DNA of 64,000 nucleotides from Octopus sinensis (lineage: Eukaryota): positions 63,798,001 to 63,862,000 of the forward strand of contig NC_043005.1 in the NCBI RefSeq assembly GCF_006345805.1, read 5' to 3'. This document shows, one piece after another, positions 21,182 through 34,800 of the stretch. How positions within the stretch are numbered: the stretch's first letter is position 1; each line of letters starts with the position of its first letter. The notes under the pieces were generated by a model that worked only from the letters and a program-made list of their open reading frames with translations, made no database searches and was not told the DNA's origin. A program made the position numbers and the translations under genes.

Positions 21182-21853
21182 CTATAACCCTTTGACTGCT
21201 ATTTCTAAATTCGGTATGTGGTAAGGCAATTCGTTGCTAAACCCTTTATTGCTTAGTATTACTTAAATTTTCCTCGAATGAGGCTTTTACATGCCGAAGA
21301 CTACTTGGTGTAATTGATAATTATTCCAAATTAATTAATTTCACCCTTCATTATTACGGATAACCATATTTTATCTCAGTAGATGACCACAGCATCTTGT
21401 TTTGGCTACACGCGGGTGGGAAGGGGCTGGTGACACAATCGTTTCATTCACAAATTGAATTCGGTGATACTAGTTGCGGATTCTAGCTCGCTCTGATACT
21501 GAGTTGAGTTGGTGCCTTCTAGTATCTCAAAATTCAATATATAATCATTTATGATTATAGTATTCTACGCTGAAGAGAAAAGAAGTTTCGGTAAGATAGA
21601 ATTATTTAATATTTAATATTTAATTCTTATGCTTTCCTAAAAACTTGATTTCGAAACGTACGTCCGTAGATAACTTAAAAATGTATGATAGATTGCAGTC
21701 AATTCATTCTCTCTTACCTGTTTGTGTCTGCCTTCCAATTGCTGTTTTTACTGAGATCTCCCTTTTTAGTAGAAGAAATAGCTATAACCCTTTGACTGCT
21801 ATTTCTAAATTCGGTATGTGGTAAGGCAATTCGTTGCTAAACCCTTTATTGCT
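21182..21853 (+). repeat. Perfect 72-bp direct repeats (21182-21253 and 21782-21853) flanking a unique 528-bp spacer
   Basis: ctataaccctttgactgctatttctaaattcggtatgtggtaaggcaattcgttgctaaaccctttattgct is read at both positions; (TA)n lies outside both copies. Confidence 0.9.
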
Positions 21854-21857
21854 ATAT

Positions 21858-21925
<68 letters not shown>

Positions 21926-21938
21926 TATATGTTCACGC

Positions 21939-21973
<35 letters not shown>

Positions 21974-23667
21974 ATATATGTGTATACATATCTATGTATG
22001 TATGTATGCATGTATCTGTCTATCTATCTATCTATCTATATACATTATGTACATCTTATCTCTACTTTTTCAGTCTGCTGCTCAACGGGACTGAATGTAG
22101 TACGATGTGGCTGCAAAGCGAGCTTCTGAATAACACAGCTATGTCTGCGTCTATATACATTCACATGTATGTGTGTGTATGCATATGTCAAAGAAACTGC
22201 TCTGGTATTTCCGAAAGATGAATATGTATGTTTGAGTTGAGAAGGAAAAGAAAAAAATTGTTGCATTTGAGGTTGTATGTCTTTGTGAGTATGGTTGAGT
22301 ATATATGCGTGTACGTATATGTTTGTCACTGATAAGACTATGTTCTCAGGAGAAAGTGTATGATTTTAAATGAGATATAGATAAGGGTAAGATCTAGAGC
22401 ACGAGTGAAAAAGATATATATGCGAGAAAAATTATGTATATAAGACTGTGCCTTTAACTATATGTGGAGATGATTGGTATCAGAACTGTTTGTATGTGTG
22501 ATAAAGGAATCAGTAGAGAGAAAGGGATAGACAGACACAGAAAGTGAGAGAGAGAGGTGAGGGACTGCGATGGTAGTCAAAAATAGTGAGGGTGAAGACC
22601 GACAAGAAAATATTGAAGAATAAGTCTAAAATTTACACCATGAAATAAAATTGCTTAAAATAGGAAAGAAATAGTTGTTTCTGACACTTTTGATCTTACC
22701 GATCATATATTATGACTGGTCTTAGTGGCCGGATACCAGAAATAACGGCTTCCCTGTCGGATTTTAATAGTTTTATTGTCTTTTTTCCCTCTTTTTTTTT
22801 TTGGAGAAAAACATCATTTAATTTGATGATTGTCTGAACGGTTGCCATTGCTTGAATGTAATTGAACGCACGGCTTCTCTCCTCACACTTCCTCTCCCCT
22901 CTCTCATTCACTCTTTCTTTTATATCTCTCTTCCTCTCTTATTCCCAATAGCTGCTTTTAGCTTTGTCTTGTCTTCCTCTCCTCCTCCTCTCTCTCATTT
23001 TCTCCCTTTCCCTCTCGATTTATCTCAACAATGGACACACTAACAATCTTTTGAATGAAGCAATCTTATTTTATTTTAAATATTTATTGAGCAAAAAGCA
23101 GAAATTTTTCGTTTTTATTTATAGAAAATATTCGATTCACAAACGCTATTTTGTGTTTTCCACATATTTTTATGCAAAGTCAAATTCTTTATAAATGTAT
23201 GTGCGCGCGCATGTATGTGTGCATTATATATCTATATCTATCTATCAAAATATTCATATATATATATACATACACATGCTCGCACACAAACATATTCACA
23301 CTTGAAGCAGCATTACATTAGAACACAGTATATATTACTTATAATGTAGATACAAAAGTAGACAAGTGCTAACTAAAATATTTAGTCTCAGAGAAATTTT
23401 ACTGGGAAACTTGTATGTTAAGAAACAAAACAGAAGTCTTTTTGAAAACATTCTTTTCTGAAACAAAAATATTATGTCTAGCTCCCTTATGAATTTGTAT
23501 ATACGTACATCATAAATGCAATAAATATCGTTTTAAATATATATACAGACATGACAGAAGTAAACAGACACCCCATAAAACATCGTTTTAGGCTTATTCT
23601 AATTTGTAAAGATGTATACTCTTCTATTATTTGACATTTTTATGAGACTGTTTAATCATGCCATATA

Positions 23668-23870
23668 CAAAAGAAGCCTTGGAACTGTCTGAATTTCAAA
23701 GAGGCCATATTGTGGGTCAATCTTGGATCCCGCCTTCTACAGTTAATAGAGTGATTGTTCAATTCACCAGAGAGGGGAAGAAGTCCACATCAGCTTGCCC
23801 AGGTTGACCAGAGCGCTCTGACAGGACTCATCTTTTTGTTAAGGTAATTGTGGAGGACAGTCACATTATG
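23668..23870 (+). mobile_element. Tc1-family transposase N-terminal remnant (internally deleted, with stop)
   Basis: [44 protein letters not shown] matches the Tc1 paired-like HTH start and the GRP motif region. Confidence 0.7.
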
Positions 23871-23906
23871 TTGGTAAATGGTATTTATATATATATATAT
23901 ATATAT

Positions 23907-24610
23907 AAAATCAAAATGAGGGTGAAAAATTGGATATTAATTTGATAACATCAATTTTAACACCAGTGGTCTAGCATATAAAAAAACTGAGATTCAGTAA
24001 ATAGTATTTCATACATAAATATGAGGGAATTTTTTAAACTACTATGTGGAAACCCTTATGCTAGAAGATCCGCTATGGTCTCAACCACTAAGAATTGTTC
24101 TCCAGAAAATTTAGCACACCAGAAACGTAAGTTTGATGTTATCAAATTAATATCCAGTTTTTCACCCTCATTTAGATTTTAATTTTAAATTAATACGTTC
24201 TCAAACCGGCGAAAACTACTGCAGTGAATAATTTATGCAGTATTTATTTCCGGTAATCTAGCGCGCCTAAACGAAGACTTTTGAAAATAACCGCAAATAT
24301 AATAGGTGGAACTACATGCATCTTCGACTTCCTGTTGATATCTGGCGTGAAGTTCTACAAATTATATCTTACAAAGAGGATCACACTGACGATCTACAGA
24401 TAAGTTGTGTAAGTAAAATTACGTAATTTATTGATAGTGAAACAATTATTTGTGATCAATCTATATTTTTGTTATTTTTCATTTGTCTTGCTCGCTTACG
24501 TATCTGCTGTGCTAACTTTTCTGGAGAACAATTCTTAGTGGTTGAGACCATAGCGAATCTTCTTCTAGCATAAGGGTATCCACATAGTGGTTAAAAAATT
24601 CCCACTTATA
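23907..24610. mobile_element. Non-autonomous element(s) with two interleaved inverted-repeat pairs
   Basis: A 23907-23954 / A' 24133-24180 (~48 bp) and B 24025-24131 / B' 24495-24603 (~108 bp). Flanked by (TA)n on both sides. Confidence 0.7.
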
Positions 24611-24627
24611 TACATACATACATATAC

Positions 24628-24663
<36 letters not shown>

Positions 24664-26596
24664 GTGTCCATTTACAAGTGGAATTGCAATGGCAAATTCT
24701 ATAAGGTAACTGAATGAGCTATACGTTGGTTACGAGTTCAAATTATCTATTGGTCTTACATTGCGTTTCTTTACATGAGAAATGATGGTATACCGTCCCA
24801 ATTTATTTAAGCTTTTGAAAGTTGTACCAGAATATCTGAAAATGTTCAATTTCATATCGGTATCTACTAGTAGTTGGAGATCCTTTAGTCACCGATTCTT
24901 ATTACAGTCTGCAAGTCTGGTTTGTTCTAATGTTACTCCATATCAAGCAAATTTATGACTTAATGCGTTCCAACCGTGACTATCCTATCATTTTTGTACA
25001 TGTAGAATTAATTTGTCCACCGTCCTTCTTTCATTACATTATAAAAGTATAATGATACAACAACATGCGTATGTATACGTGTGTGTCTATGGTTGTGTGT
25101 GAGAGTGACACACGGAGAAAAAGTGAGAGAGAATCATCTGAAGCCGAAAACTGGGTGACTCAGTATGCAAGCTGATAAATGTGTCGTGTCAACAGAAATG
25201 CATTTATACAAAGAAGGTGAGTAGTCTGAAACATTCAGGAAAGCTGCGTAACTGAAGGCCTTGAAAGAAGAGCTCATCCCCTTGCCTCTTGCAAGCGTTT
25301 CGACTCTTAACTCCCTACACTCTAAGGCGGCCCGGCCGCATCCAACTCATTATGCATTGATACACCTAACCTTCTACATTCTATGGTTCTGTTTTGCATT
25401 CGACATTCTATGGTATTGTTTGCATTGAATTGCAAACCTCTTGGATGTTTGAGGTGCTCCAGAACAAAGGAGCCTCTGGAGTTGTATCCAGTTTAGTCGA
25501 AGACACCACTTGACCGGAGAGAAAATGGTACTTTTTGAAAGTTACTTCCAAGAATGAAAAGAAGCAGTTTTACTTGATAATGAAATATATACCAGATTTG
25601 AATAACACAGCAACAGGTGAGTTGTACCCTCGAAAAACCTATGGCAATTTAGGAGCTGTAGCACTGACAACACCATGTCACTAACGATCTTTTACAACTA
25701 GAGAACTGTAATAATGAAAGAAATGTGCCAATTTGGATTCTCCGTCGATGAGAAAGATGTTATAACTGAAGTGCTCTGTCCTCAAAAGAACTATTTCATC
25801 CGGGGAGTTGTGCAAACGAGGGAGCTTTACCAAGTACGGTGTTGACAATTAACAAGAAAGACTTTCATTAGCAACCTTTCAGGCTGGAAAAAATAACAAA
25901 ATTTCCTACTAATCACACTCTACCATATTAAAAAATGCACACGTTTCGATACAAGTTCAGATGTTCTTAGCCATGATGCTAATGGCTATCAGCTCGCTTG
26001 CTCGAGATCTGAGCTAAAATAATAGCACCAACATCAACAACTGATCCAAATTAATCGCAAGACTTGCCAAGCGATCCTCTAATCCTAATTTTAAAAGTGT
26101 CGCTTTTGTTTTATTGTGAAAGCTTTTCGTATCGTTATTGGGTTAGACTCTGCTACACACGAGTGGAAAAAAATTTAAATACCCTGTTAAACTTTTTATT
26201 TGATGCTTTTCACTTGCAGATCTTACTTATTACTGAAAGAATAAAGCTTAAATTGCATGATTTCAAAGCTGAAGTCGACTAAATGACTCGCGAACACTAA
26301 CAGACGTGAGGTTTAAAAACACATAACGTGATTTTGATAACGAAGCAGAGATTGAGGATGAATTATTGGTGAAATTTAGTCTTAAAACAAAACTGATTTA
26401 TAGGTAACCTTAGAAAAAAAAAGGTCAAAAACATGAGCAGAACAATAAAAAATTTCTATAAACCTTCCTAAAATATAGCTCGTGTTTGATACGTTATACT
26501 GAATACGTTCCAATGAAGAAATCATTTACCGTAGTTAAAAACGCTATTTATATTGGCTTGAATTTAGAAATATCTTCGTTTAAGGAAAACGAAGCT

Positions 26597-26642
<46 letters not shown>

Positions 26643-28599
26643 TGTATCTATGTCTGTGTGTGCGTGTGTGCATGCATATATGTGTGTATGTACTTATGTA
26701 TGTATAGTGCAGCAAACTTATTGTCTTCTTTCTGTCTTGTCTTTATATCACACATAAGATGATGGTTGAACAATATTTTGGTTGCTTAGACAAGACATTA
26801 TCATATGCGCACACAATTATTTATCTTTCTTCATGTCTTTCGCTCTGTTGCTCTCTCGTTTCTCTCTCTCTCTCTCTCTCTCTCTCCCCTCCACACGCAT
26901 ACATACACAAATGAATACATCATGATTCTATGTCGCTATCCATCTATCTAGCTACATACATATATACATGTGTGTCTGTATGATTGCTGCTTGGTGGGCA
27001 TATGCTTATATATGTGTGTCTATATATATGTATGTATGTATGTACGTATGTATGTATGTATGTATGTATGTATGCATGTATGTATGTATGTATGTATGTA
27101 TGTATGTATGTATATATATATATATATATATATACATACATATGGATATGTTTGCTTGGAAGTGTGTATATATTTATATATGTATGTACATGGACGAGTG
27201 TGTATATTTGTGTGTGTTCGTGTGTATAGTCTAATGAATGGCTTCCACCTGTCTGACCAGACGTTCAGACGTTCGTATATAAATCAATTGCAGACCGAGA
27301 TTTTTTATGTTATTTAATAGATAAGAAAAATTGAGATACAACTCAGTGCATCTATTTTGACATATGAAGATTTATGTCTCACTGTGGCGTCTATTTACAA
27401 TCTTAGGACAGTGAGTATTTTATCAAAGTCATGTAATAATATCTTATATCAAAATATTCGCCACAGTTCAGCGGATATCGGAGTTTATAGGTGATGTAGA
27501 ATAAAAATTCTGCAATCTCTGCTGAAATTTATGGACACATATATTATTTAGACTAAAGTGCCACAGCTGATCAAGAGCGGTAGTACGTTGCTTTCCTGGT
27601 TGATGACTACATAGTGTTTCTTCTATTCTTCCATCGTAAATAAATAGTGCTATGTTATTTAGATAGAAAAGAATAGAGTCCATGACAGTCTCAGTAAAAA
27701 TTGATTTGAGAAGCCCAGTAAGTTTCATCACTTTGTGCGGTGTTATTAGTCTAAATAGGCGCTACTAATACGTACAAGAAATTTGTTATATGAAATCTCT
27801 TAAGAGAGTTTTGAAATGCTTCATTTGAGCTAAAGTTTTTAAACATGATAAATAATTAAAGAAGACCTTAGAGACTAACTTTCATTGAGTTACTACCGAA
27901 ATTAATTTTCTATGAATGCATGTTCATATAAATCAGAAAGAGCTAAATTCTAACCCAGAAACGTAGCTCTTTCATTGGAATGTAGGCAACAACAGTTATT
28001 CATGTATATGTATCTGTGTATGTGGAAACGCATGAATGACGTTGGATAAAGGGGTCTGTATGTTTTTGATATTTGTATGACTACATATGTTTGTATGTCT
28101 ATATCTGTTTGTATTTAGCTACTACAGTTTAACTTCCTGCAACTCTTTCTTTTTTTTTTTACTTATTTTATCAGTAGTTCTAATTGTAACAAACTAAACA
28201 TTCTCAACAGGCAGGGTCAACCATGTTTTGAGAAACTCAATTTCTCAAGTATTTATTCATATTGTACATGAAACCTATACCCGGATTCCAGTAATTTCTT
28301 GTATTTTTCATCTTGAAAAAGAAAATTTTCTAGCGTTTAGGTTTTTAGACCAAATATGATTAATGCGGCTTTTAATTAAATGGCGCTGGTATGTTGATAA
28401 TGATTTCTTTCAAAATTGTTTGTAAAAATTGCGAGCAATATTGTGCATAGTTCCTTCAAATTCTGACTAATCTTCTCTGTACACTGTGTTCTCTGTTCAT
28501 TTTCGGTTGCTTCTCGGGTGTAGTAATTTAATCCATCGTTTATATTAATTAGAATAACTAGATTTCAGTTAATTCCCTTTAATTCCTTCAAATGTGCTC

Positions 28600-30067
28600 G
28601 CTGGTAATTTTCATTTTGGAACATGATAAAAAACATAATGATAAGGCAGAAATATATGACAAATGGATGCCAAATTCTGCCACGTAAAATACAAATCAAA
28701 CCAATCCCAGAGGAACCCGAACAAAGACATCTTAGGGTGAAATTAGCGCTAGAGAAAATGAAAATATAAATTGAGTTTCTTGAACTCATAGTATAGAATA
28801 AAGAACAAATATATAAAACTATCGATGAAGAAATGAACACCGAACTCACAAAACATGCTGATGAGCAACTTTTGGAAAGTGTTATCAAACTAAGGAAAGA
28901 TAACTGTGAATCGGAATAAACAATTTCTTCCTTAGTAACGAAACTCAGCTTAAAAGAGTCTACAACTCAGATAATACCCCCCCCCCCGAAAATATCTAGA
29001 ACAAATACATGTAGGAAATAAATAAACATCCAACTAGATCAAACTATAAATATAAAAAAAGACACAAACACACAAAACTAACTTCTCGCTTGGAAGTAAA
29101 CCGTTCTCAATCTAGGAATAGGAAAAAACTCGCAAATGAGAAATACGAGAAGAAATCAACCCAAAGTTAGGCGTAATTATTTCTTCCCAGCAATTAGAAA
29201 TATCCAAGGGAGTTCTATCTCTCATCGAAGAAACTCGATCTGCGAAATCCAACATATTTAACCAGACAGGAAAACCAATCCCTCAGCATCACAAACATAA
29301 TTAAAAGTCCTGACAATTTATACCAACAAAGGACCTCAAACCACGTAATTCCAATCCATTTACCCAGACAGCAAAACCAGCCTGCCGGAAATCTTAATAT
29401 CATACAGGAGAAACCCAAAGTAATAAAATTATCAAAGAAAACTCTCTCTGCAACAACAGTCGGTATAGTAACTAAAGGATTCAAATTTACCCCAGCCCCA
29501 CGAAGATCTAACCAGAAGGAAATTAATGGCAATATTGTGGAATGCTGCAGAAACCTACGACTCAAAGAAACACTAGCTGACTACAACGAGAAGCAATTAT
29601 CTTCCACCTAAGGGTAGGAATAAAACACTAGATGACTTCTGCGACCATATCCAAAACTTCACAAATACTTTCCACAAGCCAAAAATATATTCAAACCTCA
29701 ACAATTTAGAATGGAAAAATCTAATTGAACTGCAAAATGATGAAGAACTGACAATTAAAGAAGCAGACAAAGGAGGTGCTGTAATACTGATGGACACGGA
29801 ATACTACAAAAACCTTGTCTTTTATCATGCTAGAAAACGATACCTTCTACGAAAATGTTGTAAACTATAAACAACTAGGTGTAGGAGTGGCTTCTAGGCA
29901 TAGGAGTGGCTGTGTGGTAAGAAGCTCGCTTCCAAACCACATCGTTACGGGTTCAGCCCCTTTACGTGGAACCTTGGGCAAATATCTTCTACTATAACCT
30001 CGTGCCGACCAAAGCCTTGTGAGTGGATTTGGTAGACGGTAACTGAGAGAAAGCTGTTCTATATATA

Positions 30068-30111
<44 letters not shown>

Positions 30112-30930
30112 ATATTTATGTGTGTGTCTCTATCTGTCCCCCTACCATCGCTTAACAACCGATGTTGGTGAGTATATGTCCCCATAACCTGAGCAGTGCG
30201 GCAAAAGAGACCGATAGAATAAGTACTAGACTAAGAAAGAATAAGTCTTGGGGTCGATTTGTTCGATAAAATTCGGTGCCCCAGCATGGCCGTAGTCAAA
30301 TGACTGAAACAAGAAGTAGAATTTAAAAAGATAAATAAAAACAAAACAATGAAAAACCTTGCATCCTTAATTCATCGCCATGTAAAAGACCAGACAGAAA
30401 AAGAAATAGAAAATATCACGAACTGTAAATGCAAACCTAGTATTACTTTACGGCCTACCTTACATACACAAGAACAAGATAGTTAATGAAGCCAAGTCTG
30501 TAAACAATCACCAGGCAAATACATAAGTATGCTAGCGCCAAAAAATTTAAAGTTACGACACATTGTAGTTGACCAAGCCTGTAAAACCCACCGTCTAAGC
30601 AATTTTCTAGACATCCTACTGGAACCCTTGCTGAAATACACCAAAAATTACATTAGAGACGATCTAGATATGCTTAAGTCCCGACCAAAAACAACTAATG
30701 AACAGACATTATTGGTTTCCTTCAATGTTATTAAGTAATCCTAAGAAATTCCTGAACGCATAAACCAGATTTTTATTACTCAAATTTTAATATAGCACAT
30801 AGGGAAATGCGCAGGCAATATCCAACCAAACTTCACAATTTTCACCATCTACCAGTGCAAAGAAATAAGTTTAAATAAAGAAAGTTTATTTATCGAAAAA
30901 AATACAGAAAACGCCTAAATATGACCGCAC
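28600..30930 (+). mobile_element. Decayed Penelope-like element 1 (N-terminal region, RT start, internal deletion, C-terminal remnant), interrupted by a SINE
   Basis: ILPRKIQIKPIPEEPEQ; TKGFKFTPAP; NLRLKE; SNLNNLEWKNLIELQNDEELTIKEADKGGAVILMDTEYY; YGLPYIHK; KLRHIV...THRLSNFLDILLEPLLKYTKNYIRDDLDML...LLVSFNV; CAGNIQPNFTIF. Confidence 0.85.
29876..30330 (+). mobile_element. Composite SINE family C nested in PLE 1
   Basis: Complete head, (TA/TG)n and tail. The PLE frame reads NYKQ before and NKTMKNL after. A short duplicated head start (tagg..taggagtggct x2) is present. Confidence 0.9.
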
Positions 30931-31303
30931 AACCGACTTTGGTCTCAACATATATTTTAATTCATAATCACATACCCATCATTGTACATATTTCATCTTA
31001 CTACTTTAACTTTTGAGTTTTGTGTATATTTATTTATCCTTCCACCAAAAATTAGCAATTACCTCCCTGTCCCCAATAATAACCATCCCCATTTACCTCC
31101 CCTCAGATTTTTGTATTTGTTTATTCATTCCTAAACTTCCTTTAAAAAATATGGACTAAAATCTTAAGAAAATACGAAAATAATATAATTTTAAGGTCAT
31201 GATTAACGAAAGAGAAACCAGTCGACACAGTACTCTTTCACTTACAAAATATATTTAAAAATATATTAAAACTATGTAAACTGTGTACATTTTATTATAT
31301 ATA

Positions 31304-31360
<57 letters not shown>

Positions 31361-31362
<2 letters not shown>

Positions 31363-31478
31363 CCTGCTCGCTTAGCCAGCGGGGTGGCGTCATTCGAAGG
31401 CTAAAACAATGCGAACGCATTGTGACCAGCGATGTGTAACTACATCTGATGGACTGGTCGGTCACGTGATCACGTGAT
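31361..31478 (+). other. Short GC-rich, highly self-complementary island between (TA)n arrays (probable small repeat element)
   Basis: Hairpin caatgcg-aa-cgcattg (31407-31422), nested gtgaccag...ctggtcggtcac, and perfect palindrome tcacgtgatcacgtga (31462-31477). Confidence 0.5.
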
Positions 31479-33295
31479 ACATATATATATAATATATGTG
31501 TGTGTGTATGTATGCATGCATGTATGTGTGTATATGTGTACATGTGTGTGTGCATGTGTGTGTGCATGCGTGTGTGTATGAAAATATATATGCACTGGCA
31601 CACATACATACACGTACAAATACGTACGCATATTTGTGAGAAAGAAGAATTCGCTGAAGTATCAGGGGAAGCTATAATTGATGTCTTTCGTTAAATTACC
31701 GTGTTGATCATAATTAGTTTTGCGTTAAGACAAAAGCAACGGGAAATCCATTAGGTTATCCTCCATTATATTCCCTGCTGTTATTTGATATTATATTTCA
31801 GTCTAAAAATGACTTGTCAAGCTCGACAACTTTTCATTGGACTGAGATTAATGGGAAAATTGTTATGTTAATGTAGATTCTAATATATGTTGGATAAAAT
31901 CAAACAGCAACTAAATGTTATATACTGATCTCTGTCTAGACACTCACACTAAGACCATTTATTGCATCTCTAACGAGTAGATGACATTACATGATAATAT
32001 TAATATCTTTAATGGTTTAGCTATAGAAGAAAGGCCAGTGCAAGGTCTGTGACGCAGGTGAGGTGAGGCGAGACGTGGAAAGGACAAAAATCCATGACTC
32101 ACGGATCGCTGTTAAACACTATTTAGATCGCTGTGTGTAGCACAGACTGACGCCAGTATCTACGTAGGCTGACTTTCAATAAGTAGCGCAATTTTCATAG
32201 GTGCTCTACAGTCAGAGCCAGTTCTCTGTTGTACCTGTTGGATACCCATAGATGCATTACTCTTTTTTATGTTTACCAATTACCATGCAATGATACTACA
32301 TGAAAGACAGCTCATTAAGATGCAGCACATCAAGGAATGTAGCTGTACTTTGACGGGACAATTCGTTCTATCAGCTGAAACAGGAGATTACGCAAATGAG
32401 AGCGAAGAATTTTCAATAAAACAACAACTAATCGCCTAATCACTGGGATAGGATCGGGCAACGGGTTAGTTCTCCCCAACTCCAAAATATATGGGCCACC
32501 GTGTTTTTGTCATGGTACAAATACAAGATACGTTATATCACTAATCTTATTGCTCTACTTGTAATTTGGAATTCAGTGTATGCGGATTTCTAAAAGGGTT
32601 GTATTCGCATTAGTTTTATTAGTGAAGTCACCGTGAAAGTTTTCTAGTGATCGACTGCAAGTTCATATAACAAATACTTACAACAAATTCGAAGTTTGGA
32701 GTTTTTAAGGAGGGAGATGGAGGTAATTAAATGTAAGGACACAAAGATTATGAGCATAAGAGTGAGCAAGGTGGTGACAGGAAGAGAAATACTGGCAAAC
32801 AGGAAGAAGGGGCGGAGAAAACGATTGCATGCGAGTACGGAGTGAAAAGCTGACAGTTTGACAACTAGAAAGATCAGTAAAATAGAATAATAAAAATGAA
32901 AGGAGAAATGATGAGATGCTTTGCTTCTTAGGGAGCAGAAAGTTTAAAATTTTGGAAATATTGTTAAAACGAATGGCAAAACCAACATTAAATTTCATTC
33001 AATATTAAAGAAGTAAGTTTCATTGTCATAAAAATCCAATTTTGGTTTTAGAAATTATCCACAGGTGACTTATTAACACAGATGTGATGGAAATAAGCAC
33101 AAAAATGTAAAATAAGCCAAGAATACTCTTTCGACTTTTCAAATTTGGATCACACACGCATACAGACGCATACATACGTTCATGCATACATACATAATGT
33201 ACACACACACACACACACCCACACACACACACACACACATATTTATATATATACACACTAAGACAGACAGATATGTAAGCATGTATATAAATGTG

Positions 33296-33374
<79 letters not shown>

Positions 33375-33948
33375 GTGGGTGGGTAGGTAGGTAGGTAGGT
33401 ATGTAGGTAGGTAGGTAGGTAAGTAGGTATAACTATATATGGTAGACCTGCAGGTTGTGGCAAAGTATTGTTCCAGCTCCAGCATTAGGCCCTCAGAAGA
33501 GGAAAGTAAACAAGCCAAATGATAATATGAAATTAAGGATCAAACCTAGAAGCAATAACAGAAAATGACTTTCAGATCTTCCTTTTGCAAGAAAACGATC
33601 GCTATGTTTACGTGTTTCGATCTGCTTTATTAACAATAGTGAAGTTCTCCTCTATCCACTGATCAGGTGTATTTCACAATTTTACATACAAAAAGACGTT
33701 TATTGAGGTTGACCGAAATTCATGCACATAGTTTTCTCCTGCAGGAAACAATGTTTACGTTTTTTCACTTTAATGAGTTTATCAATTTGAGAATCTATTT
33801 TTAATCTTCAAAATCGCAGAAATTCTCTTCCCTTCTCACGAGATGTTGAAAATTGCTCTAAGCGTTATTGATCCTGTAGCTAACTTAGAAAGAAATTTCA
33901 ATAAATTAACAACTAATTGCCTACAGCATTCAACACAAACTGTAAATC

Positions 33949-33981
<33 letters not shown>

Positions 33982-34399
33982 ATGTATGTATGTATGTATA
34001 TATATATATGTACGTGTGTGTATATCCATGTCTGTATAGAGGCATGCATACATACACATGCATATATACATATACATATATCTCATATTAATAAAGGAGA
34101 GACGTCAGCACTGATGCATATTACACAGCAACTTTTGTTCGCCTTGTGATGATACTATGTTGGGACCAGACACGAGACTCAAGAAGCCTAATGGTATCTG
34201 GTACCTTCTGAAGCCTTAAATATATTTCATCATCCTATGAGCAAAAACGCCTGATAAGTGCTGCCCAGGTAGATAAACTACTCTAGCACTTTCAGTACTG
34301 TTTCTACAACTGATACATGGTCTTACTTATGTGCCTAGCAAGATGGAATATTTAAAAGACTTTTCCAGAGTAATGCTGAGTCCAAAAGTTGTTATGAAC

Positions 34400-34438
<39 letters not shown>

Positions 34439-34589
34439 ATGTGTGTGCGTGTATGTATGTGTGTGAGTGTGTGTGTGTGTGTGTTAACGTCGCTCCTTTA
34501 TTCAAGGGTAACATTAACCTTTAATGGCTATCGTGTATGGTATTCTTGAATGCTTTCATCAGAGAAGTCTGAGACACATTCTGAATGTT

Positions 34590-34800
34590 TGCTGGTCCTT
34601 ACGGTCTTCAAATACAGGGGTCTTTATGTGAACCGACGTTCTGAAAATAGAGGCAATAATGAACAAGCACCGTTTACGTTGAAGATGAATGATCAAAGGA
34701 TCCCTAAAGAGATTCTGCATCGCGAATTTGGGTAAAGCGCCTCAGCACAAACCAAAACTACGATTTAAGGATTGCGCAAAACACCGTTGAAAGCCTGAGA
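34590..34800 (+). mobile_element. Decayed RTE LINE 3' fragment
   Basis: IEAIMNKHRLR...KMNDQRIPKEILHREF...PQHKPKLRFKDC resembles the RTE ORF C-terminus (LRWxGHVxRMxDxRIPKxLLYGEL...PxxRFKD). Confidence 0.6.

Noticed and set aside
25160-25620. Two strong AG|GTGAGT donors with short upstream open frames (MQADKCVVSTEMHLYKE; ...MKYIPDLNNTAT)
   Set aside because: No recognisable protein similarity or convincing acceptor partners; cannot be supported without RNA evidence.
24930-26030. Faint recurring fragments (also near 38510, 48360, 51730, 52130, 55040) suggesting another old SINE family
   Set aside because: Too diverged to define boundaries or a consensus by eye; needs a RepeatMasker/Dfam search.
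27468-27731. 87-aa non-repetitive minus-strand ORF (also 5422-5646, 53514-53825, 63315-63515)
   Set aside because: Lengths are within chance expectation, with no motif recognised and no consistent splice structure.
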